Origin: an uncultured Chloroflexia bacterium
GTDB taxonomy: Bacteria; Chloroflexota; Limnocylindria; QHBO01
Direction of reading: 5' to 3'
Assembly: GCA_963814375.1 (NCBI GenBank)
Contig: CAWFCQ010000007.1
Location: 128,001 to 192,000, forward strand
DNA length: 64,000 nt
The translations under genes were made by a program, and so were the position numbers. Below, piece after piece: positions 29,519 to 38,175 of the stretch. Under the pieces are notes generated by a model. The model did not search any database. It was not told where the DNA came from and saw nothing but the letters and a program-made list of their open reading frames with translations. How positions within the stretch are numbered: the first letter of the stretch is position 1; the number at the start of each line of letters is the position of its first letter.

Positions 29519-31164
29519 AGCTGGGCCAGGTACTGGTGGACCAGCGCGACGGCCATGGCGCCCTCGCCGACGGCGCTCGCGATTCGCTTCACCGAGTCGT
29601 GGCGCACGTCCCCTGCCGCGAAAAGTCCCGGCAGGCTCGACTCGAGGAGGAATGGTGGGCGGTCGAGGCTCCAGCCCTGCTCGCGACCGACGCTCGGGCC
29701 GGTGAGGACGTAGCCGCGCTCGTCACGGGCGACGACCCCGTCGAGCCAGGCTGTGTGTGGCTGCTGGCCGATGAAGATGAAGACCGCGCTCACCGGCAGC
29801 TCGAGCTCGCCGTCCGGCGACGTGAATGCCGCGCTCTCGAGATGCTCCTTGCCACGCAGCTCGCGCGTTGTCGTGCCGGTGTGGACCTCGACGTTCTCGA
29901 GCAGGCCTATCTGCTCCACCAGGTAGGCGCTCATGCCCGCGGCGATGTCGTCGCCGCGCACGACGAGGTGGACGCGCCGCGCGAAGCGCGACAGGTGCAC
30001 CGCCGCCTGCCCGGCCGAGTTGCCGGCGCCGATGACGGCCACCTCGGCATCGCGATACAGGATCGCCTCGGTGGTGGCAGCGCCGTAGTACACGCCCGCG
30101 CCGCTCAGCTCGCCGGCGCCCGGCACCTCCAGCTGCCGATAGCTGACGCCGGTGGCGACGACCACCGCCTGGCACGAGACCTCCGCGCCGTCGTCCAGGA
30201 CGACGATGCGGTAGGGATCTCCGCGCCGCACGGCGGCCGCCTCCTGCGAAGAGAGGATCTCGGCGCCGAGCCTGCGCGCCTGGGCCAATGCGCGTCGCGC
30301 GAGGTCGCCTCCGGTCAGCCCTGCGGGAAAGCCGAGGTAGTTCTCGATCCGGCTCGTCGTCCCAGCCTGGCCGCCGGGCGCCTCGCGCTCGACGAGAAGC
30401 GTCTTCAGCCCCTCGCTCGCTCCGTAGACCGCGGCCGCCAGGCCGCCAGGCCCGGCGCCCACGATCACGAGGTCGTAGAAGGGAAGTGCTGCGTGGGTGG
30501 ACATCCCGATGGCGTCCGCCAGCTCCCGGTTGCTCGGATCCGTCAGCTGGGTCCCGTCGGGGAGGACGACGACCGGCTGCGCGGGGTCCAGCGGCTCGGC
30601 GAGCGCGGCAGCCCGGCGCTTCCCCTCCTCGTCCGTCTCGGGATCGAGCCACATGTAGGGGACCTGGTTCCGTGTCAGGAAGTCCCGGATGGCGTGGCCA
30701 CGCGGCGCCCATCGGCCGCTGAGCAGCCGGAGTCCCTCGAAGTCGGGGCGATGATTGGCCGCCCAGTCGGTCAGCAGGTCGTCGACGACGGGGTACAGCC
30801 GCTCCTCGGGGGGATCCCAGGGCTTGAGCAGGTAATGGTCGAGGTCGAGATCGTTGATGGCCCGGATGGCGACCTCGGTATCGGCGTAGGCGGTGAGCAG
30901 GACGCGGCGCGCTTCGGGTTGCAGCGCGATGGCCTCGCCCAGGAACTCGATGCCGGTCATGTGCGGCATCCGCTGGTCGACGAGGAAGAGGGCGACCGGG
31001 TTGGACCGCTGGGTGAGCTCGCGGACGACCTCGAGCGCCTCCGCCCCCGAGCCGGCGCCGATGACCCGGTAGTCGTCCCCGTAGCGCGTGCGGAGATCTC
31101 GCTCGACCGCCCGGAGCACCGGGGCGTCGTCGTCGACGGCGAGGAGGACCGGCTTGTCAGCCAT
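29515..31164 (-). CDS. Receiver domain-thioredoxin reductase-like fusion
   Basis: AVDDD, DQRMP, LLKPWDPP; VGAGPGGL, IENYLGFP, IGAGNSAGQ, FAAGDV; CxxC absent (GVYYGAA). Confidence 0.9.
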   Translation of the reverse strand: MADKPVLLAVDDDAPVLRAVERDLRTRYGDDYRVIGAGSGAEALEVVRELTQRSNPVALFLVDQRMPHMTGIEFLGEAIALQPEARRVLLTAYADTEVAIRAINDLDLDHYLLKPWDPPEERLYPVVDDLLTDWAANHRPDFEGLRLLSGRWAPRGHAIRDFLTRNQVPYMWLDPETDEEGKRRAAALAEPLDPAQPVVVLPDGTQLTDPSNRELADAIGMSTHAALPFYDLVIVGAGPGGLAAAVYGASEGLKTLLVEREAPGGQAGTTSRIENYLGFPAGLTGGDLARRALAQARRLGAEILSSQEAAAVRRGDPYRIVVLDDGAEVSCQAVVVATGVSYRQLEVPGAGELSGAGVYYGAATTEAILYRDAEVAVIGAGNSAGQAAVHLSRFARRVHLVVRGDDIAAGMSAYLVEQIGLLENVEVHTGTTTRELRGKEHLESAAFTSPDGELELPVSAVFIFIGQQPHTAWLDGVVARDERGYVLTGPSVGREQGWSLDRPPFLLESSLPGLFAAGDVRHDSVKRIASAVGEGAMAVALVHQYLAQL

Positions 31165-31231
31165 CGGCAGGAGTGTATGCCGTGGCGTCCCACGGCTCGG
31201 GCCGGCGGCGCGAACCCGGTACGCTCCCGGC

Positions 31232-32389
31232 ATGCTCCTCAGCGGAAGTGGCCGTCTTGCCCCCGGGGGGCGCTCGCCGTGGGCGATCCAGGTGCGGGAC
31301 GGGCGCATCGCATGGCTCGGCGACCCCGCGGACGCGCCGCCCGACGACGAGCGCCACGACCTCGGCGAGGCCCTCGTCACGCCCGGGCTGGTCGACAGCC
31401 ACACCCATCCCGTCTTCGTCGGCGACCGATCCGACGAGGCCGCCGCCAGGCTGGAGGGCGCGCCGTACACCGAGGGCGGGATCCTGCGCACCGTTCGCGC
31501 CACGCGCGCGGCCGACGACGCGACGCTCGAGGCCGAGGTCGAGCGGCGCCTGCGTGCTGCGCTTGCCGCGGGCACGACCACGGTCGAGTGCAAGTCGGGC
31601 TACGGGCTCTCACTCGACGAGGAGCTGCGCCACCTCCGCATCATCCGCGACGTCGGCGAACGCATTCCGGTGAGGGTGGTCCCCACCTTCCTCGGTGCGC
31701 ATGCCGTCCCGCCGGAGTCGGCCTCCCTGGAGGAGTACGCGGCGCACGTGGCCGACGAGATGATCCCGGCCGTCGCAGCCGAGCACCTCGCGGCCTTCGT
31801 CGACGTCTTCGCCGATGCCGGCTTCTTCGATCTCGCGGGCACGGAGCGAATCGCCCGGGCCGCCGCGGCATCAGGGCTGGGGCTGCGGCTCCACGCGGAG
31901 CAGCTGGCGCGCACGGGCGCGGCGGAGCTCGGCGTCCGCGTGGGCGCGGCATCGGTCGACCATCTCGAGCAGCTCGATGCGGAGGGGGTGGCCGTGATCG
32001 CCGCCTCGTCCACCGTCGCGACGCTGCTGCCGGCGCCGGCAATGGTCCTCCGCGACCGAGTGCCTCCGGCGCGGGAGCTGCTCGACGCCGGCGCGCGGCT
32101 CGCGTTGGCCAGCGACGCGAATGCCGGCACCTACGGCGGCTTCGGGACGATGCCGCTGATCGTCGGCCTCGGCGCGACGATGCTCTGGATGACCGTCACG
32201 GAGGCGCTCGTCGCCGCCACGGCCGGTGGGGCATCGGCGTTGCGGCGCCCGGAACTTGGCCGCCTGGAGGTCGGCGCAGCAGCCGACCTGGTGGCGTGGG
32301 AAGCCGAGCACGAAGGGGCGTTCGCCCTTCGGCTCGGCGCCGTGAAGCCGATCCGGGTCTGGATCGGCGGTGAGGAGGTCGCCCCCTAG
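31232..32389 (+). CDS. hutI: Imidazolonepropionase (amidohydrolase)
   Basis: PGLVDSHTHPVF, GGILRTV, ECKSGYGL, FLGAHA, LHAEQL, SVDHLE. Confidence 0.85.
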   Translation: MLLSGSGRLAPGGRSPWAIQVRDGRIAWLGDPADAPPDDERHDLGEALVTPGLVDSHTHPVFVGDRSDEAAARLEGAPYTEGGILRTVRATRAADDATLEAEVERRLRAALAAGTTTVECKSGYGLSLDEELRHLRIIRDVGERIPVRVVPTFLGAHAVPPESASLEEYAAHVADEMIPAVAAEHLAAFVDVFADAGFFDLAGTERIARAAAASGLGLRLHAEQLARTGAAELGVRVGAASVDHLEQLDAEGVAVIAASSTVATLLPAPAMVLRDRVPPARELLDAGARLALASDANAGTYGGFGTMPLIVGLGATMLWMTVTEALVAATAGGASALRRPELGRLEVGAAADLVAWEAEHEGAFALRLGAVKPIRVWIGGEEVAP

Positions 32390-32625
32390 CTGCTCAACCG
32401 CCCGCGCAGCGCCTCGAGCAGCTGCTCGGCGTGGCGCGCCTCGTCGTTGGCCAGGCTCTGGAAGAGCTGACGAACCTCGCCGTCGGCGTCCTCCTCGTAC
32501 TTGGCATACGCCTCGATCGCCTCGCACTTGCTGGTGAGCGCCTGGAGCAGGTCGTAGGTCTGGTTGTCGACGGGCGAATGCACCTCACCGGTCGAGGTGT
32601 AGTGATGGCTGGTCTGGACGGTCAT
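32386..32625 (-). CDS. Small two-helix ferritin-like/stress-type protein
   Basis: YDLLQAL..K.EA..AY..Y..DA, DEARH (ExxH); GGGGAGA SD. Confidence 0.7.
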   Translation of the reverse strand: MTVQTSHHYTSTGEVHSPVDNQTYDLLQALTSKCEAIEAYAKYEEDADGEVRQLFQSLANDEARHAEQLLEALRGRLSS

Positions 32626-32668
32626 GCGGAGATCTCCCCTGTTGGTTTCGGCGTGAGCCACCATCCAT

Positions 32669-32684
32669 CGCAGGCTGCATGCCA
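32669..32684 (-). promoter_or_regulatory. sigma54-like -24/-12 motif
   Basis: TGGCATG-CAGC-CTGCG versus consensus TGGCACG-N4-TTGC. Confidence 0.5.
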
Positions 32685-32711
32685 CCCGGAGTCCTCCCCT
32701 AACATGCCGCC

Positions 32712-34058
32712 ATGGACCGATTCGACATCGTCGTCATCGGCGCGGGCGCGGCCGGCGAGGCTGCCGCTCACCTGGCTCGGGAGCGCGGCGCATCGGTGGC
32801 GATCATCGACCGCGGCCTGTTCGGCGGCTCGTGCCCGTTCTGGGCCTGCATGCCGTCGAAGGCACTGGTCCACGCCGCGGCCGTCCACCACGCCGGCGGG
32901 GACTACCCCTGGAAGCGGGCTTCCGATTTCCGCGACTACATGATCAACCGCGAGAAGATCGACGAGCCGGACGACTCCGGTCACGTCAAGAGCCTGGAGG
33001 GCGCCGGGGCGACCGTCATCCGCGGCTCGGCTTCCCTGGACGGACCGGGGCGCGTCCGCGTCGGCGATCGGCTCCTGGAAGCCGAGGCGGTGATCGTGGC
33101 GGTCGGTTCGGTGAGCCGCGTGCCGGACCTGCCCGGCCTGGCCGAGGCGCGTCCGTGGACGAACGTCGAGGGCACCGGCACCCGGGAGCTGCCCCGGTCG
33201 CTCGCCATCCTCGGCGCCGGGCCGACCGGCGTCGAGCTCTCGCAGGTCTACGCCCGCTACGGCGTCCCGGTGACGCTCGTTCATCCGCGCGACCAGGTCC
33301 ACGATCGCGAGCACCGGCGCTCGACTCGGCTGCTCGGCGAGGCCCTCGAGAACGACGGCGTGACCCTGCGCCTCTCGACGCGCGCCACGAGCGTCAGAGC
33401 CGGCGAGGGCGCCGACGGCGCGCACGTCATCGAGCTCAGCGAGCGTGATCCGATCGAGGCGCACCAGATCCTGCTCGCCATCGGGCGCGACCTCCCACTC
33501 GACGGGCTCGGCCTCGATACCGTCGGCGTGACGCCCTCGAAGGGGCGACTGGAGCCGGACGAGAAGCTGCGCATCGCCGATGGGGTCTACGCCGCGGGCG
33601 ACGTCGCGGGGCCGGAGCTCCACACCCATCTCGGCCACTACACCGGCGAGGCCGCCGCGCGCATCGCGCTCGGCGACGACTACACGCCGTTCCTCGATGC
33701 CATCCCGCGCGCCACCTACACCGATCCGGAGGTTGCCTCGGTCGGGCTCCTTCTCGACCAGGCGAAGGAGCGCGGCATCGACGCCGCCGAGTACAGCATC
33801 GACCTCGCCACCAGCTCGAAGGGCTACACGGCCGAGGCGAAGGGCCACGCAACGATCGTCGTCGACCGCGCCGAGAAGCGCCTGGTGGGAGCATTCATGG
33901 CCGGCCCCGCCGCCAGCGAGGGCATCCACGAGTGCGTCCTGGCCATCCGGGCCGGCATTCCCATCTCCACCCTCGCCGATACGATCCATGCCTTCCCGAC
34001 CTTCGCGCGCGTCCTGGGCACCGCCTTCGTCGAGGCCGATCGAGCGCTCTCGGCCTGA
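32712..34058 (+). CDS. Pyridine nucleotide-disulfide oxidoreductase (Lpd/MerA-like class I)
   Basis: IGAGAAG, GGSCPFWACMPSK, LGAGPTGVE, TYTDPEVASVG, HAFPT. Confidence 0.9.
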   Translation: MDRFDIVVIGAGAAGEAAAHLARERGASVAIIDRGLFGGSCPFWACMPSKALVHAAAVHHAGGDYPWKRASDFRDYMINREKIDEPDDSGHVKSLEGAGATVIRGSASLDGPGRVRVGDRLLEAEAVIVAVGSVSRVPDLPGLAEARPWTNVEGTGTRELPRSLAILGAGPTGVELSQVYARYGVPVTLVHPRDQVHDREHRRSTRLLGEALENDGVTLRLSTRATSVRAGEGADGAHVIELSERDPIEAHQILLAIGRDLPLDGLGLDTVGVTPSKGRLEPDEKLRIADGVYAAGDVAGPELHTHLGHYTGEAAARIALGDDYTPFLDAIPRATYTDPEVASVGLLLDQAKERGIDAAEYSIDLATSSKGYTAEAKGHATIVVDRAEKRLVGAFMAGPAASEGIHECVLAIRAGIPISTLADTIHAFPTFARVLGTAFVEADRALSA

Positions 34059-34085
34059 GGGCCGCATCGGCGTAGGATCAGCCGT

Positions 34086-34637
34086 ATGAGCGACTTCGTC
34101 GGGGTCACGACCAGCGTCCTGCGCCGCACGCCTCAGCTGCTGCGCACGCTGCTCGTCGGCCTGCCGGAGGACTGGACCGACACGACCGACATACCGGAGA
34201 ACGGCTGGCGGCCGCATGACGTGGTCGGCCACCTCATCACCGGCGAGCTGACGGACTGGATCGAGCGCACCCAGCGCATCCTCGAGCACGGCACCGCGGT
34301 GCCATTCGACCGATTCGACCGGTTCGCGCACGAGGGCCGCGACGCCGATACCAGCCTCGATGCCCTCGTCGAGCACTTCGCGCGGCTGCGCGCCGAGAAC
34401 CTGGCGCGCCTGGACGAGCTGGTGACGGAGGAGGACCTGGACCGGCGCGGCATGCATCCGACCCTCGGCGAGGTGACGCTCCGCGAGCTGCTGGCCACGT
34501 GGGCGGTCCACGATCTCGACCACGTGTCACAGATCTTCGCCGGCATGGCCGGCAGCCACGACGCCGAGGTCGGCCCCTGGAAGGCGTATCTCGGCATCCT
34601 CCTGCGCCGGGAGGACCCCGCCGCCGTCGCAGGGTGA
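34086..34637 (+). CDS. DinB-superfamily protein
   Basis: WRPHDVVGHL, HPTLGEVTL, WAVHDLDH. Confidence 0.85.
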   Translation: MSDFVGVTTSVLRRTPQLLRTLLVGLPEDWTDTTDIPENGWRPHDVVGHLITGELTDWIERTQRILEHGTAVPFDRFDRFAHEGRDADTSLDALVEHFARLRAENLARLDELVTEEDLDRRGMHPTLGEVTLRELLATWAVHDLDHVSQIFAGMAGSHDAEVGPWKAYLGILLRREDPAAVAG

Positions 34638-35374
34638 CGCCCGAGAGCATCCTCCTTGCGGCGCTCTTCTTCGCCGCGGCGCTGCTCTACGCGAGCGTCG
34701 GTCACGCAGGAGCGTCCGCATACCTGGCGGCCATGGCGCTCGTCGGCGTCGCGCCAGAGACGATGCGGCCGACAGCCCTCGTTCTCAACCTCTTCGTGGC
34801 GACGATCGTGGTCGTCCGCTTCGCGATGGCCGGCCACCTTCCGTGGCGTCAGCTCGTACCGCTGGCGATCGGATCGGTGCCGATGGCATTCCTGGGCGGA
34901 AGCATCGCGCTGCCGGATGAGGTGTACCGCCCCCTGGTCGCCGCGGTGCTCCTCGTCGCCGCCTGGCGGCTGTTCACCGCACCGGTACCGGTCGATGACA
35001 CGGATCGCCCGGGCGTCCCATTCCTCGCCGGCGTCGTGGCAGGCGCCCTCATCGGCCTCCTTGCCGGCCTGACCGGAACCGGCGGCGGCATCTTCCTGAC
35101 CCCTCTCCTGGTCCTCGCCGGCTGGACGGGGACGCGCGATGCGGCCGGGCTCTCGGGGTCGTTCATCCTCGTGAACTCGATCTCCGGGTTAGCCGGGCTG
35201 ATGACCGGGGGTTTGGTCCTGCCGCCGGCCCTGCCGATCTGGGTGGGATCGGTGGTGGCCGGTGGGCTCATCGGCTCGTGGTTCGGCGCAGCCCGCTACA
35301 GCGTGCTGAGCCTCCGGCGGGCATTGGCGTTCGTCCTCGTGCTGGCGGCCGCCAAGCTCGTATTCCTGCCGTGA
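34634..35374 (+). CDS. Sulfite exporter TauE/SafE (TSUP) family
   Basis: YASVGHAGASAY, GLTGTGGGIFLTP, FILVNS; GTGA overlap. Confidence 0.88.
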   Translation: MTPESILLAALFFAAALLYASVGHAGASAYLAAMALVGVAPETMRPTALVLNLFVATIVVVRFAMAGHLPWRQLVPLAIGSVPMAFLGGSIALPDEVYRPLVAAVLLVAAWRLFTAPVPVDDTDRPGVPFLAGVVAGALIGLLAGLTGTGGGIFLTPLLVLAGWTGTRDAAGLSGSFILVNSISGLAGLMTGGLVLPPALPIWVGSVVAGGLIGSWFGAARYSVLSLRRALAFVLVLAAAKLVFLP

Positions 35375-35397
35375 CAGCGGGGGTAGGATGGGCGCCG

Positions 35398-36822
35398 ATG
35401 ACGGCCCCCCAGCAGCCCGCGTTGCACGGCAGCGACCGCCTCCGCCTCGTCGGCGCCGAGACCGAGGTGCCGCTCGTCACGGGCGGCACCCGTCGCTACG
35501 TCAACCTCGATTACGCCGCATCCGCGCCGGCGCTGGTCGCCGTCCACGACGCGGTGGAGGAGCTGCTCGGCTGGTACTCGAGCGTCCACCGCGGTGCCGG
35601 CTTCAAGTCGCGCGCCTCGACCGCCGCCTACGAGGGCGCCCGCGAGTCTATTCGGCGGTTCGTGAATGGCCGCGCCGACGACGCCGTGGTCATCACCCGC
35701 AACACGACCGACTCCATCAACCTCCTGGCCGGAACCCTTCCCGAGGGCACCCACGTCGTCGCCTTCGCCGGCGAGCACCACGCCAACCTTCTCCCCTGGC
35801 AGCGATGCGGCGTGCGCTACATGGGCGTGCCCCAGAGCCCGGCCGAGATGCTCGAGACGCTCGAGGCGACGCTGCGCGAGCTGCCGTCCTGCGAGGACCC
35901 GCACCTGGTTGCGACGACCGGCGCCAGCAACGTGACCGGCGAGATCTGGCCGCTGGGCGAGATGGCACGCATCGCCCACGACAACGGCGCCCGGCTGCTC
36001 GTCGATGCCGCACAGCTCGCTCCGCATTCGCCCATCGACATGCAGCGCGACGGCATCGACTTCCTGGCGCTATCCGGCCACAAGCTGTACGCCCCGTACG
36101 GCGCGGGCGCGCTCATCGGCGAGCGCGACTGGCTGATCGCCGGCGACCCGTTCCTGCGCGGCGGCGGCGCGGTCAAGCTCGTGACGGTCGACGAGACGGT
36201 GTGGGCCGATCTCCCCGATCGCCAGGAAGCTGGCTCACCGAACGTGATCGGAGCGGTCGCCCTGGGCGTCGCCTGCGACACGCTGGCCGAGGCCGGTATG
36301 GACCGCATCGCGGCCGAGGAAGCCGAGCTCCTGGCCTATGCTCGCGAGAAGCTCGCCACGATCGACGGATTCCGCCACTACCACGTCTGGCCGTCCGATC
36401 ACGCCCGCGTCGGCCTCCTCACCTTCAGCCTGGGCGAGGTCCCGTACGATCTCCTCGCCGCCTGCCTCTCGGCCGAGCACGGCATCGGCATCCGCCACGG
36501 CTGCTTCTGCGCCCACCCCCTCATGGTCCGTCTGCTCCGCGTCGACGACGGGGAGGTCGACCGCCTGCTCGACGAGACCCGCGCCGGCCACCACCTGCGC
36601 CTCCCGGGAGCCGCCCGCATGAGTCTCGGGCTCGGCTCGACCCGCGCGGACATCGACGCCCTCGCCGATGCGCTGCGCGCCATCGCCACCGAGGGGCCGC
36701 AGTGGACGTACCGCGTCGATCCCCGGACCGACGAGTACGAGCCCTACCCCGATCCTCGCCCGCTTCCGCCGCTGCCGATGCGCCTCGTTGACCACCCGCA
36801 TGGCCACGGGGAGTCGGCGTAG
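35398..36822 (+). CDS. Class V PLP enzyme, cysteine desulfurase-like
   Basis: NLDYAASAP, EHHANLLPW, VDAAQ, SGHKLYAP, RHGCFCAHP. Confidence 0.9.
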   Translation: MTAPQQPALHGSDRLRLVGAETEVPLVTGGTRRYVNLDYAASAPALVAVHDAVEELLGWYSSVHRGAGFKSRASTAAYEGARESIRRFVNGRADDAVVITRNTTDSINLLAGTLPEGTHVVAFAGEHHANLLPWQRCGVRYMGVPQSPAEMLETLEATLRELPSCEDPHLVATTGASNVTGEIWPLGEMARIAHDNGARLLVDAAQLAPHSPIDMQRDGIDFLALSGHKLYAPYGAGALIGERDWLIAGDPFLRGGGAVKLVTVDETVWADLPDRQEAGSPNVIGAVALGVACDTLAEAGMDRIAAEEAELLAYAREKLATIDGFRHYHVWPSDHARVGLLTFSLGEVPYDLLAACLSAEHGIGIRHGCFCAHPLMVRLLRVDDGEVDRLLDETRAGHHLRLPGAARMSLGLGSTRADIDALADALRAIATEGPQWTYRVDPRTDEYEPYPDPRPLPPLPMRLVDHPHGHGESA

Positions 36823-36870
36823 GGGGTTGAGCGCGCACATGCGCCGCGTCACCGCTACCGTATCGGTCAC

Positions 36871-37527
36871 ATGAGGATCGGTGCGGCCTTGGGGAGCCAT
36901 CGGCCTGCGATCGCCTTCTGGGCGGTGGCTGCGCTCGCCCTGCTCGCCAGCCACGACGCGATCTTCCTCGTCCAGGTCGGTCCGGGCGAGGAGCTCGCGC
37001 GCCTGCTCCGAAGTGCGGGCCACGGCTACTGGGGACTGGCCAGCACCATCATCGGCGTCGCCGGCATTGGTGTCGGAATCGCCGCAGCCCTCCGCCTTCG
37101 GGCGTTGCGACGCCGGGCAGCCGGCCTGCCGGCGGCACCCATCGGATCGCGGGGCGTCAGGGACATCCTGCCGATCTGGGGCCGCCTGCTCGCCGTCGTT
37201 GCCGTCGGCTTCATGGTCCAGGAAAACGTCGAGCACTTCATCGCGCACGGCCACGTGATGGGACTCGCCGCATTGGCCGGCCCGGAGTATCCGCTCGCGA
37301 CGCCCGTCATCGGCCTCATCTCGTTGGCCGCTGCCATCGTCGTCGGGTTGTTCGTCCACCACGAACGGGCTCTGCTGGCATCGATCGAGGCGGCGCTGCG
37401 CGTCAGCCTCCGCCCGGTTCGGGCACTCGTCCGCGCTCCCGGCCAACTCCGCGTCCATCCGGCGACCGGCCTCGCCCAGCCGGGCGCCGGGCGCGCCCCT
37501 CCTCTCGTGCCGCTCAGGATCGGATAA
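36871..37527 (+). CDS. 4-TM His-rich membrane protein with C-terminal RAPP motif (putative ribosome-arrest regulator)
   Basis: SHD, GHGYW, QENVEH, AHGH, HH; RAPP at residues 208-211 (37492-37503); first gene of the copper cluster. Confidence 0.75.
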   Translation: MRIGAALGSHRPAIAFWAVAALALLASHDAIFLVQVGPGEELARLLRSAGHGYWGLASTIIGVAGIGVGIAAALRLRALRRRAAGLPAAPIGSRGVRDILPIWGRLLAVVAVGFMVQENVEHFIAHGHVMGLAALAGPEYPLATPVIGLISLAAAIVVGLFVHHERALLASIEAALRVSLRPVRALVRAPGQLRVHPATGLAQPGAGRAPPLVPLRIG

Positions 37528-37574
37528 CCAGAGCAAGCGGGCGCGGGACTCAGCCGCGACCCGGCACAGAGGAG
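37499..37574 (+). promoter_or_regulatory. SD-sequestering stem linking the RAPP codons to the next gene's RBS
   Basis: CTCCTCT(C)GTGCCG (37499-37512) is complementary to CGGCACAGAGGAG (37562-37574): 13 bp with one bulge; ATG at 37585. Confidence 0.75.
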
Positions 37575-37584
37575 TCATCAACCC

Positions 37585-38175
37585 ATGCACAGTCGCATCG
37601 GACGGGCTGCCGTCCTCTCCATGCTGCTCGTCGCCCTCGCCGGAATTGGCACGGCGAGCGCCCACGAGGAGCGCGAGGTCGGCGATCACACCTTCGTCGT
37701 CGGCATGCTCGACGAGCCGGTGTTCGCCGGCCAGAAGAGCGGCCTCGAGCTGCGGGTCTCGCACGAGGGCACTGAGCCGGTCGAGGGCCTCGAGGAAACC
37801 CTCCAGGCCGAGGTCACCTTCGGCGGCGAGACGCGCGAGCTCGAGATCTCGCCGATCTTCGGTGAGCCGGGCGCCTACCGCTCGGTCTTCTTCCCGACCG
37901 CCGCGGGACCGTATTCGTTCCGCATCTTTGGCGAGGTCGAGGGCGAGCCGTTCGACGAGACCTTCACTGCCGGACCGGACACCTTCGGGGAGGTCCAGGA
38001 CGCTGCCGGCGGGCAGTTCCCGGTCCAGTACCCGCCTACCGGTGACATCGTGAGCGACGCAGAGGCCGGTGCGGCAGCCGGAACGACCGCCACGATCGCC
38101 CTGGTCCTCGGCTCGGCCGGCCTCCTCGCGGGCGTCGCCGCACTCGGCCTCTCGCTGGCACGCCGGCGAAGCTGA
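37585..38175 (+). CDS. Exported, C-terminally anchored protein with mature N-terminal His (putative Cu-binding)
   Basis: Signal peptide ending TASA|HEE, acidic beta-rich domain, C-terminal TM plus RRRS. Confidence 0.75.
   Translation: MHSRIGRAAVLSMLLVALAGIGTASAHEEREVGDHTFVVGMLDEPVFAGQKSGLELRVSHEGTEPVEGLEETLQAEVTFGGETRELEISPIFGEPGAYRSVFFPTAAGPYSFRIFGEVEGEPFDETFTAGPDTFGEVQDAAGGQFPVQYPPTGDIVSDAEAGAAAGTTATIALVLGSAGLLAGVAALGLSLARRRS

Noticed and set aside
32712-34058. Mercuric reductase (merA)
   Set aside because: No C-terminal Cys pair, no N-terminal HMA domain and no mer operon
35374-35397. SAM riboswitch before the cysteine desulfurase-like gene
   Set aside because: Only 23 nt of intergenic space, occupied by a TAGGAT leaderless promoter
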